Virus record (IMG/VR): IMGVR_UViG_3300029527_000003
Span: 1 to 42,168 of that record
Length of the DNA: 42,168 bases
Origin: a virus
Reading direction: 5' to 3' (one strand)
This document shows, one piece after another, positions 1 to 6,533 of this stretch; position 1 is the stretch's first letter, and the number at the start of each line of letters is the position of its first letter. Below the pieces are notes generated by a model. That model saw nothing but the letters and a program-made list of their open reading frames with translations, searched no databases and was not told the origin of the DNA. Made by a program: the position numbers and the translations under genes.

Positions 1-72
1 CTCGAACTAGCCGTACTGGAATAGCCGCTCGAACCAGCCGTACTGGAATAGCCGCTCGAACCAGCCGTACTG
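1..72. repeat. Terminal direct overlap, left copy (identical to 42097-42168)
   Basis: Direct comparison of both window ends gives 72/72 identical bases. The overlap lies inside a 27-bp tandem array, so the register is not unique. Confidence 0.9.
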
Positions 73-139
73 TAATTGCCGCTCGAACCAGCCGTACTGT
101 AATAGCCGCTCGAACCAGCCGTACTGGAATAGCCGCTCG
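1..139. repeat. 27-bp tandem repeat array (coding, minus strand), left part
   Basis: The unit is approximately CCGCTCGAACCAGCCGTACTGGAATAG, repeated with point variants (TGTAAT, TGGAAT, AACTAG). Confidence 0.9.
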
Positions 140-485
140 AAAAAGGTCCTTTGCCCTTCACCCGATTAAAAACGGCATTCACCGTAGCTTTTACAAGCCC
201 TGCAAAATTTACTTCGCCTTTTACCGTCAGCTCAGTGCAGGCCAACTTACTGTCCTCTACGCTTTTATCCACGCTCCCGCCGCACTCGACCTCAAAAAAG
301 AGCGGGCCATCCTTCAACGGGTAGTAGTGCAGCACATCCAGAGGGTTCTCACAGGCGTGCATACCAGCGTTGCAGCAGTCGGCCTTGTCCTCATGGTAGG
401 TCTTGCCCACCTCGTACTGTTTGCCACGGCACTGCATATTTTTGTCCATGGCCTTGTAGGCGATGATTTTCTCACTCATGCTCAT
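1..485 (-). CDS. N-terminal part of the (SSG-YSSTAG)n repeat protein; the CDS wraps the junction and continues at 42096..41790
   Basis: ATG at 485 follows AAGGAAGG. The N-domain reads MSMSEKIIAYKAMDKNMQCRGKQYEVGKTYHEDKADCCNAGMHACENPLDVLHYYPL, followed by nonapeptide repeats. 485+379-72 = 792 nt = 264 codons. Confidence 0.8.
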   Translation of the reverse strand, partial: MSMSEKIIAYKAMDKNMQCRGKQYEVGKTYHEDKADCCNAGMHACENPLDVLHYYPLKDGPLFFEVECGGSVDKSVEDSKLACTELTVKGEVNFAGLVKATVNAVFNRVKGKGPFSSGYSSTAGSSGYYSTAGSSGNYSTAGSSGYSSTAGSSGYSSTASS

Positions 486-532
486 AACCTTCCTTATCAG
501 TGTGTTTCTTCTGTGCAGGCATGGTCAGCGCC

Positions 533-715
533 TCACTTCTTAGAGCCACAAAAGCTGCCAATGAGCCAGAGCGCGATCCACGCCGCCGTTCCGGCGGACC
601 AGGTGAACGTCCAGTGCATCAATGCGCAGATGGCCCACACGGCGGCACAGGTAACGCCCCACGAGATGCCCAGAAGGACGGCAAGCGCGATGATGATCGC
701 CAGTGCTTCACCCAT
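533..715 (-). CDS. Small two-helix membrane protein (paralog of 2627..2824)
   Basis: 60 aa, almost entirely hydrophobic, ending in KK. It shares the pattern ALA.I...AV..G.SW.V.....W.IC.L..W.F.....TA.WI...L with the 2627 ORF. Confidence 0.6.
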   Translation of the reverse strand: MGEALAIIIALAVLLGISWGVTCAAVWAICALMHWTFTWSAGTAAWIALWLIGSFCGSKK

Positions 716-1016
716 TGTTCCGTGCCTCCTTTGCGGCGAACTCAGCTGCCTGTGCCGCTGAGTTCGCGCACCACTTGCCCGCCGGGGCGGTCTTGCGGGG
801 GTCTTCCTGGGCTGCTGCAGCTTCGTCCTCTTCCAGCAGCTTGTTCAAATCGGCCAAGAACTGGCCACACATCTTTGCTTTTATATCTTCCTCCGACCGG
901 CCATACGGGCCGCAAAACGGCCCGGACTTGAAAAATGACCTTGAACGGAAGTCCTCTTCTAAGAACTGATACTTGCCGATCAGCTGGAAAACTTTATCGC
1001 GCATCGTGGTTTTCAT
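708..1016 (-). CDS. Hypothetical protein
   Basis: ATG at 1016 follows AAGGAGGA. 102 aa. The ORF-track start at 1049 lacks an RBS. Confidence 0.55.
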   Translation of the reverse strand: MKTTMRDKVFQLIGKYQFLEEDFRSRSFFKSGPFCGPYGRSEEDIKAKMCGQFLADLNKLLEEDEAAAAQEDPRKTAPAGKWCANSAAQAAEFAAKEARNNG

Positions 1017-1032
1017 AAAGATCCTCCTTGCA

Positions 1033-1275
1033 TCAATGACGCATAACAATGTTGGACGAATGAACCAGATAGGTCACGCCGTCAATCTTCACTTGCAGCT
1101 GGTCGCCCTCGTAATCGTCCCAACTGTTCAATTTCCCCTCGACAATCGTTCCATCAGGCATTTTCAGCTGTGCCCATGAGTAGCTATACGTCAGGTCTAC
1201 CACCTGCTTATTGCATCCGGCCATCAGCAAAGCGCTTGCCAATACGGACACTACGCCTACAATAACTTTTTTCAT
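1033..1275 (-). CDS. Putative lipoprotein (possible superinfection-exclusion type)
   Basis: Signal peptide with lipobox: MKKVIVGVVSVLASALLMAG|C. RBS AAGGAAG. Confidence 0.7.
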   Translation of the reverse strand: MKKVIVGVVSVLASALLMAGCNKQVVDLTYSYSWAQLKMPDGTIVEGKLNSWDDYEGDQLQVKIDGVTYLVHSSNIVMRH

Positions 1276-1277
1276 GC

Positions 1278-2051
1278 TTATACTTCCTTAACAAACTTCC
1301 CGGAGGTGGTGGTGTTCCTCTGGGCAGCGGCTGCAGCAAACAAACTGGTCTGGCCGTTGGTCTGCTGGATCAGCATCACGGTGTTGGTGCTGGGCTTCCA
1401 GCGCTGGATGTACTCCACGGCTTCGTCAAAGCGCTTACGGGGGATGTTGCCCACGCTGTTTACCCGGAACCAGTCCTGCACATCGTGGTTGCACTCGCTG
1501 TACACCTTGCTGCGCACGTGGTTGTCGATGTAGGCCGGGGCGTCCTCGCCGCCAAGAGCGCCGATCACCGCCCGGCTGATGCTCTTGCGCAGCACACGCT
1601 GCTGGTTGTAGTCCACCGTCATGGTGTTCTCCAACGCCGTGAGCCGCTCTTCCTGTCGCTGGGTGCGGTTGTCAAGCATAAACAGCGCCTGCATCTCCTT
1701 GCTGAGCTTGGGCATCATGTAACTGCCGGTCTTGCGCAGGGCGGGCAGCACCTCGCTGGTGACCCACCGCTTGAACCGCACGGCCCCTTCCAGTTTGCTG
1801 CCAAAAATCAGGCTGTACAGGCCGGACTCGTTAATGATGACCATTTTCTGGTTGCCGCCGGGGGTCATCAATTCGGTGACCCCTTTGTCCTGCTCGTCAA
1901 CGTGGTTGGAAACGGCGTTTGCGAGGGACTTGCCTTCGCCGTAGCCCAGCGCCGCCGCCACGTCCTTGCCCACGAACCACGGCTCGCCGTTCTGGTCTAC
2001 CGTGCGGATGTCCCCAAACTCGGGGCTTGTGAAAATTTGAATGTTTGCCAT
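1278..2051 (-). CDS. Bro-N domain antirepressor-like protein
   Basis: The N-terminus IQIFTSPEFGDIRTVDQNGEPWFVGKDVAAALGY...SGLYSLIFGSKLEGAVRFKRWVTSEVLPALRKTG is a typical Bro-N/antirepressor pattern. ATG at 2051 follows AAAGGA. Confidence 0.75.
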   Translation of the reverse strand: MANIQIFTSPEFGDIRTVDQNGEPWFVGKDVAAALGYGEGKSLANAVSNHVDEQDKGVTELMTPGGNQKMVIINESGLYSLIFGSKLEGAVRFKRWVTSEVLPALRKTGSYMMPKLSKEMQALFMLDNRTQRQEERLTALENTMTVDYNQQRVLRKSISRAVIGALGGEDAPAYIDNHVRSKVYSECNHDVQDWFRVNSVGNIPRKRFDEAVEYIQRWKPSTNTVMLIQQTNGQTSLFAAAAAQRNTTTSGKFVKEV

Positions 2052-2115
2052 GTTTTGTCCTTTCTTGTCGTCCACCCCGGTGCCTGTTATAATAGGCAGG
2101 GAAGGGGGTGGGATT

Positions 2116-2397
2116 TTGAATCAGTGGGAATACTGCAACCAGCGTGCAAACGAACTTGAACGTTACAATTACAAAACGCCGGGAGTAAATGTCGCTGACC
2201 CGGACGGCTCGGTTTGGAAAAAGCGCCGGGAAATCGACAACGCTCAACTTCAGACCGCAGCCGAATTGCAAAAACTGAGGGATGATTATGTGCAATACAA
2301 AATCGAGCAAGCGAAAAACGACCGTTTTAACAGGGTCTACAATTTCGCAATGATGCTAATAGCCATCGTGTCAATGATTATTGCTTTAGTAAAATGA
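2116..2397 (+). CDS. Hypothetical C-terminally membrane-anchored protein
   Basis: TTG at 2116 follows GGAAGGGGGTGG. The C-terminal TM is FAMMLIAIVSMIIALV. It lies opposite in orientation to the surrounding early operon. Confidence 0.45.
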   Translation: MNQWEYCNQRANELERYNYKTPGVNVADPDGSVWKKRREIDNAQLQTAAELQKLRDDYVQYKIEQAKNDRFNRVYNFAMMLIAIVSMIIALVK

Positions 2398-2451
2398 CAG
2401 CCAAAGCAAGGATCTCAATGCAGAGGGCAAGGATTTGAATTTGGTAATCTT

Positions 2452-2610
2452 TCACAGCGCCTTGCCTCCTATGACTTGGATTAGCAGCAACACTTGAAAC
2501 GCTACAATACCTATGTTGACTGACGTGATGATGATGGATGCGATCATGTAGTCAGCCGTGGTCCAGTTGGAAATTCGCTCTTTCCAGCTGGGCTTTTTGT
2601 TTTGGTTCAC
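2452..2610 (-). CDS. Small hydrophobic protein (52 aa, below the ORF-track cutoff)
   Basis: GTG at 2610 lies 7 nt after GGGAGG. Sequence: VNQNKKPSWKERISNWTTADYMIASIIITSVNIGIVAFQVLLLIQVIGGKAL*. Confidence 0.45.
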   Translation of the reverse strand: MNQNKKPSWKERISNWTTADYMIASIIITSVNIGIVAFQVLLLIQVIGGKAL

Positions 2611-2626
2611 GGCTTTGCCTCCCTTG

Positions 2627-2824
2627 TCACTTGCGGCTCGTTACCCACTTCAGCAGCATTGCAACGATCCAGATCGCCGTTGATACGCCGAAAGAGAACT
2701 GCCAACCGATGAGCATGCAGATAAGCCACCAAAGGCCGGAAATGACGGCCCACGAAAAGCCAAAAGCAACGGCAATGAGCGCAATCGATGCAAGCGCAAG
2801 CAAAAAGGTTTCAAAATCAGGCAC
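2627..2824 (-). CDS. Small two-helix membrane protein (paralog of 533..715)
   Basis: GTG at 2824 follows AAAGGAG and overlaps the Cro-like stop. The ORF-track start at 2866 is an alternative. Hydrophobic, ends in SRK. Confidence 0.6.
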   Translation of the reverse strand: MPDFETFLLALASIALIAVAFGFSWAVISGLWWLICMLIGWQFSFGVSTAIWIVAMLLKWVTSRK

Positions 2825-3050
2825 TTGTATTCTCCTTTCTTTTTCCTTCCTCATCGTAGACCACAAGCTCGTTCAGCGTGACCTTGAAATACTTTGCAAG
2901 CTTGAGCAGCTGCGAGATACTGGGGCCGTAAATCGAGCGCTCCCACTTCCCGATTGCGCCGTTACTCAGGCCTGCCGCCGCCTCCAAATCGGTGCGACTC
3001 AGCCCGTGCAACTTGCAAAACTGGTCGATTTTTGAAACATTCACTAGCAA
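2817..3050 (-). CDS. Cro-like XRE-family HTH regulator (first gene of the leftward early operon)
   Basis: HTH segment IDQFCKLHGLSRTDLEAAAGLSNGAIGKWERS. RBS AAAGGAG. Start is TTG 3050 or GTG 3044. Divergent from the CI-like gene. Confidence 0.75.
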   Translation of the reverse strand: MLVNVSKIDQFCKLHGLSRTDLEAAAGLSNGAIGKWERSIYGPSISQLLKLAKYFKVTLNELVVYDEEGKRKENTSA

Positions 3051-3065
3051 TTCTCCTTTCCGGGC

Positions 3066-3094
3066 TTGAAAATCACTAGAAAATATGCTACTAT
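3066..3094 (+). promoter_or_regulatory. Predicted sigma70-type promoter pointing toward the CI-like gene
   Basis: TTGAAA (3066-3071), 17-nt spacer, TACTAT (3089-3094). Confidence 0.5.
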
Positions 3095-3184
3095 GTAGTT
3101 GCGAGGTACACAGCGAATAAAATCTAGCGCCAGCCCGATATAATATTGTCAGGGGCTTTTGGTTTTGTTTGCCCTGTGCTTAGT

Positions 3185-3213
3185 ATTATACTAGCCAAGT
3201 GGCTATTTTGCAA
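3185..3213 (-). promoter_or_regulatory. Predicted near-consensus promoter pointing toward the Cro-like gene
   Basis: Minus strand reads TTGCAA, 17 nt, TATAAT. The -35 lies inside the palindrome at 3200-3219. Confidence 0.55.
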
Positions 3214-3262
3214 TAGCCAATCTGCAATATAGTGAACATTTGGCTATTTTCACAAAATAGCG
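3192..3262. promoter_or_regulatory. Operator-like palindromes built from TGGCTA/TAGCCA half-sites
   Basis: TAGCCAAGTGGCTA (3192-3205), TGGCTATTTTGCAATAGCCA (3200-3219), and TGGCTATTTTCACAAAATAGCG (3241-3262). Confidence 0.55.
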
Positions 3263-3273
3263 AGGTCTTTTTT

Positions 3274-3627
3274 ATGCGAAATGTGGAGAGGGCTAAAAAA
3301 ATCGCTACCGAAAAAGGAATCAACGTTTCTTTTGTATGCAGAGAGGTCGGAAAAAGCCGTGGCTATATTTCGCAAATGCTAGTAAGTGGGCGTGACTTCC
3401 CAGATGAAATGCTAGCGCCAGTAGCCAATGCGCTAGGCGTCACGGTCGAAGAGCTCACCGGCGAAGAGCAAAAAGAAAAGCTCGCTCCCCAGATGGAGAA
3501 CGGGCTGGATGCGCACGGGCAGACTATATTAGATAAGTATAATATGCTTGACCCGGCAACGCAGGCCATGTTTGAGAGTATGCTGGATGCTGCTATAGCG
3601 TCGCAGGAGAAAAAGAATGGTCACTGA
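3274..3627 (+). CDS. CI-like HTH repressor candidate
   Basis: HTH segment INVSFVCREVGKSRGYISQMLVSGR plus a C-terminal helical extension. ATG at 3274. Divergent from the Cro-like gene. Confidence 0.65.
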   Translation: MRNVERAKKIATEKGINVSFVCREVGKSRGYISQMLVSGRDFPDEMLAPVANALGVTVEELTGEEQKEKLAPQMENGLDAHGQTILDKYNMLDPATQAMFESMLDAAIASQEKKNGH

Positions 3628-4006
3628 AAAGCAAATCGATGAGGCGATGAAAGCTCTGCTTGAATGGCATGAAAATGAACCTGACCGAGTTGGAATGCCT
3701 CCTGATGTATTTAAGTCTAAAGTGAAAGACGCCGAAAAGGTTGTTGATGCTCTTCTTGCAGCAGGTCTTGTTGAGCGTGTAAGAGACACGATTGTTCCAG
3801 AGCAAGGAAAGCTTACGGTGTTTTACTGTCTTGCTGTAACCGATAAGGGGAAACTTTATTTTATTGAGCAGCAAAAACAGCAAAGAATCAGCCGCAGGCA
3901 ATTCTTTCAAAGTGCTGCCATTGCGGTGATCTCTGCTGTTGTGAGTACGTTATTAACGCTTTTAGTGTCTCAAAGAAGTGACGGGTCGAGCACCTCCAGC
4001 TCGTAA
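3617..4006 (+). CDS. Hypothetical protein with C-terminal TM helix
   Basis: The ATG overlaps the upstream stop (ATGGTCACTGA). TM is SAAIAVISAVVSTLLTLLV. Confidence 0.55.
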   Translation: MVTEKQIDEAMKALLEWHENEPDRVGMPPDVFKSKVKDAEKVVDALLAAGLVERVRDTIVPEQGKLTVFYCLAVTDKGKLYFIEQQKQQRISRRQFFQSAAIAVISAVVSTLLTLLVSQRSDGSSTSSS

Positions 4007-4338
4007 TTCGGGGCATCCAGTGCTTTAACAAAAATGGTTTTGTAAAAGCGCAGCTTTTTTTCATCCACTTTTTCGGTGTCGAGAGCGAAATACCCGCCGT
4101 GTCCGTCCTTTACCCTAAAAATGGTTTTGGGGCAAAGTTCGCAGATACTGCCGAGGGTCACGCCTGTATACATGACTTCTGCTCGGAAAAGGTCGTCAAG
4201 GTGCTTATGTTCCGGATCCGGTTCCGGCTTTCGACGAAAAAGCGCAAAATCATTGAGCTGAAGGAACTCGTAAGCGAGAATCGCAAACATCGCGATAACA
4301 AACACGGCGATGATGAAAAGAAGAACATTACTCGACAT
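3970..4338 (-). CDS. Hypothetical N-terminally membrane-anchored protein
   Basis: TM is VLLFIIAVFVIAMFAILAY. The start overlaps the stop of the 43-aa ORF (ATGTCGAGTAA). Confidence 0.55.
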   Translation of the reverse strand: MSSNVLLFIIAVFVIAMFAILAYEFLQLNDFALFRRKPEPDPEHKHLDDLFRAEVMYTGVTLGSICELCPKTIFRVKDGHGGYFALDTEKVDEKKLRFYKTIFVKALDAPNYELEVLDPSLL

Positions 4339-4459
4339 TTTGCATTGCCTCCTTTAAGAGTTTATCCACGTCGATGCCAAGGGAAAGTGCAAGCTTGATT
4401 TTCTCAAGTATAACACATTCTGTGGTTTCTTTCATCAATTTTGTGCTATTTTCTTGCAC
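4328..4459 (-). CDS. Small protein (43 aa)
   Basis: GTG at 4459 lies 8 nt after AAAGGAGG. Sequence: VQENSTKLMKETTECVILEKIKLALSLGIDVDKLLKEAMQNVE*. The longer 102-aa track ORF runs into the divergent promoter region. Confidence 0.4.
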   Translation of the reverse strand: MQENSTKLMKETTECVILEKIKLALSLGIDVDKLLKEAMQNVE

Positions 4460-4549
4460 TTTATTTTCCTCCTTTGGCAAAGTTCGTTGATAACTTAGTT
4501 TTACGGCGGCTGGTTGGCTGCCTATTTTTGTATATGTGAGGTATAAATC

Positions 4550-5290
4550 ATGAAAAGAAGAATATTTCTTGCATTGGGGCTGGCTGCGGCGTTGTCCATC
4601 CCTTTTGCCACGACAGCCTTTGCGGCGGAGACTCAATATAAAAAAGGCTCGTACATTGAGTTCTCAGGAATCCCGGATTTCAACTACTACTATACATACC
4701 TTGACACATACAAAGGCAACAAGTGGGATTTTAAGTGCTTTTCTGTGGTTTCTGACGATGGGCAGCGATGGTATGCCGCCGTCAGAAACGGCGTGTATGA
4801 ATATTGCAGAGAAATTTTCGAGAATCAGGCCATTACGCTTAAAGGCGAAGTCCAGATTCCAGCTGATGATGGAACGCCAATCATCTGGATCACCGAAAGA
4901 GTTGCGGAAAAATCTGACGGAGAAAAAGAGTATACTTCGATTCAGGATTGCCTGTGGGAGGTCATCTACAGCCACAATGTTGAACCAAATTTCAAGTTGT
5001 TCAGCGATCTTTATACAAACACGACCGTCACGCTGGCCGATGACGAGTCTTACCTCATGATCGACACAAATCCGTCAAACATCTCTGGCGGGTCTCTGTC
5101 TCAAGATAGTGCACTCAATGAAATCCAGAAGTTCAACAAATTTTTTGGCCTTCCGGACTGGATTTATCAAGAAATGTTGAAGACTCGCGCCATCGATGGG
5201 CGTCAACTAGAAGAGTTTGACAAGGTAACGGTCTCTTGGTCTTATCATCCGGATTACGGCCTTGAAGTTATATATCGCAAGAAACAGTAA
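4550..5290 (+). CDS. Secreted protein of unknown function (accessory gene)
   Basis: Sec signal peptide MKRRIFLALGLAAALSIPFATTAFA|AE. RBS GTGAGGT. Visibly AT-richer than the phage core. Confidence 0.7.
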   Translation: MKRRIFLALGLAAALSIPFATTAFAAETQYKKGSYIEFSGIPDFNYYYTYLDTYKGNKWDFKCFSVVSDDGQRWYAAVRNGVYEYCREIFENQAITLKGEVQIPADDGTPIIWITERVAEKSDGEKEYTSIQDCLWEVIYSHNVEPNFKLFSDLYTNTTVTLADDESYLMIDTNPSNISGGSLSQDSALNEIQKFNKFFGLPDWIYQEMLKTRAIDGRQLEEFDKVTVSWSYHPDYGLEVIYRKKQ

Positions 5291-5348
5291 ACTTTTTCAC
5301 AACCGCATTATACAACCGTTGATTGTATTTCGTCAAGCACATTTAATC

Positions 5349-5496
5349 GCGCAAAAATGCGCAAAAAATTTAGCATTTGCGCTGAATCGTTGAAATTTAC
5401 GCTGACTTTTTGCTAAATACGCGCGTTTTGCGCGAACAACGTGCAAAATATGCACGTTGCTATCCGTGGTTGCAAGGTTGTTGCATTTTTTGCAAC
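5349..5496. repeat. Cluster of five short palindromes in a noncoding stretch
   Basis: GCGCAAAAATGCGC (5349-62); GCGCAAA..TTTGCGC (5359-82); CGCGCGTTTTGCGCG (5420-34); ACGTGCAAAATATGCACGT (5439-57); GTTGCATTTTTTGCAAC (5480-96). Confidence 0.7.
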
Positions 5497-5669
5497 AGTT
5501 CAGCGGCAAGCTCCCCACCGGGTGCGTCTGCTGCAGCCTTGAGCTGCCGGAGATCCCCGGACTTGCGGATCACAAAAAGTCGAGCCCGAGCCTGTCCCTC
5601 GGGCGGCATATCCTCATAGCAGGCCAGCGCGGCGCGGATGTGGGTGCAAAACAGCTTCATCTTGTCCAT
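5460..5669 (-). CDS. Hypothetical protein (69 aa)
   Basis: ATG at 5669 follows GGAGGA. Sequence begins MDKMKLFCTHIRAALACYEDMPPEGQARARLFVIRKSGDLRQLKAAA... Confidence 0.45.
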   Translation of the reverse strand: MDKMKLFCTHIRAALACYEDMPPEGQARARLFVIRKSGDLRQLKAAADAPGGELAAELLQKMQQPCNHG

Positions 5670-5671
5670 CT

Positions 5672-5782
5672 TTAGTCCTCCCAAGGTTCAGGTGTTCGGG
5701 CCGTGCCGGTCAAAATGGTGGCAGGCATCCCGTCAATGATGGTCATTTTGTTTTCTTTACCGTTTCTTTGCTCGAAATCCAT
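5672..5782 (-). CDS. Small ORF (36 aa)
   Basis: ATG at 5782 lies 7 nt after GAGGTG. Sequence: MDFEQRNGKENKMTIIDGMPATILTGTARTPEPWED*. Confidence 0.3.
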   Translation of the reverse strand: MDFEQRNGKENKMTIIDGMPATILTGTARTPEPWED

Positions 5783-5936
5783 TTTATTTCACCTCTGTTT
5801 TTGTTCAATTTGTCCAACTTGTTTTAGATTTTACCATTTTATGGGAAAACTTGAAGGACTTCCGCTCTGTCGAGTGGCATGGGTTTTTCCCATGTCACTT
5901 TTTGTTTTTATGGCATGGAAATTTGTGAGGTTATAA

Positions 5937-6533
5937 TTGATGAGCTACTTTACTGCGGAAAAGCTTGGTGTCGCACTGGCGCGGGCCAGAGTCGCGGCAG
6001 GCTTGAGCCAAGTCGACATGGCCCGCCGGATCAACAAGGGAAAGGCTACGATCCAGAGCTGGGAGTGCGGAGCGTCCAGCCCACCAGCTGACAAGATAAT
6101 GGACTGGTTCGAGGCTTGCGGGACTTCTCCGCTCCCCGCCATGCAAGAAATGCTGCACCCAGAACTTTATAAAGAGCCCGTACAGCGCAAATCAGACGAA
6201 GAGCTGGATGAGGCGCTTACAGAATACTTTCGCACAGCGCCGCGAATTGTAAAAGAGATGGTGCTGTTTATCCTTTTGGGCCGACATGGCAGCTATCCAC
6301 CGGCGGTGTTTGCTGAGGTGTGCGCGAATCTGCATACTCCCTTGCAAAACAAGGTATCCGTCTGCGGCCAAATACTGGACAATTACGAGTTCGCCGTGGC
6401 TACAGGAACAGACCCGATTCCGTGGGAAGTCCAGCCTCCGGTGAGTCTGCTGCAGTCGGCATACCAGGCGGGAAAAGAGGCCGCGAAGAGCGGCGAGGCC
6501 GACTATACCGCAAAGCGAGGTGAAGAGCTTTGA
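5937..6533 (+). CDS. XRE-type HTH regulator with a long C-terminal domain, immediately upstream of the integrase
   Basis: HTH segment LSQVDMARRINKGKATIQSWECG. GAGGT lies upstream of ATG 5940 (TTG 5937 in the track). The stop overlaps the int start. Confidence 0.65.
   Translation: MMSYFTAEKLGVALARARVAAGLSQVDMARRINKGKATIQSWECGASSPPADKIMDWFEACGTSPLPAMQEMLHPELYKEPVQRKSDEELDEALTEYFRTAPRIVKEMVLFILLGRHGSYPPAVFAEVCANLHTPLQNKVSVCGQILDNYEFAVATGTDPIPWEVQPPVSLLQSAYQAGKEAAKSGEADYTAKRGEEL

Noticed and set aside
3208-3233. A second rightward promoter, TTGCAA...TATAGT, close to the CI-like gene.
   Set aside because: The spacer is only 14 nt, too short for a functional sigma70-type promoter.
4328-4636. The 102-aa minus-strand ORF from the track.
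   Set aside because: Its 5' two-thirds cross the divergent promoter and overlap the start of the secreted-protein gene. Only the distal 43 codons have an RBS (AAAGGAGG-N8-GTG).
5932-5942. TATAAT directly abutting the start codon of the 198-aa HTH gene, suggesting a leaderless cI-like mRNA.
   Set aside because: A transcription start about 7 nt downstream of this -10 would fall past the ATG. No acceptable -35 is present, and a GAGGT RBS sits at normal distance.
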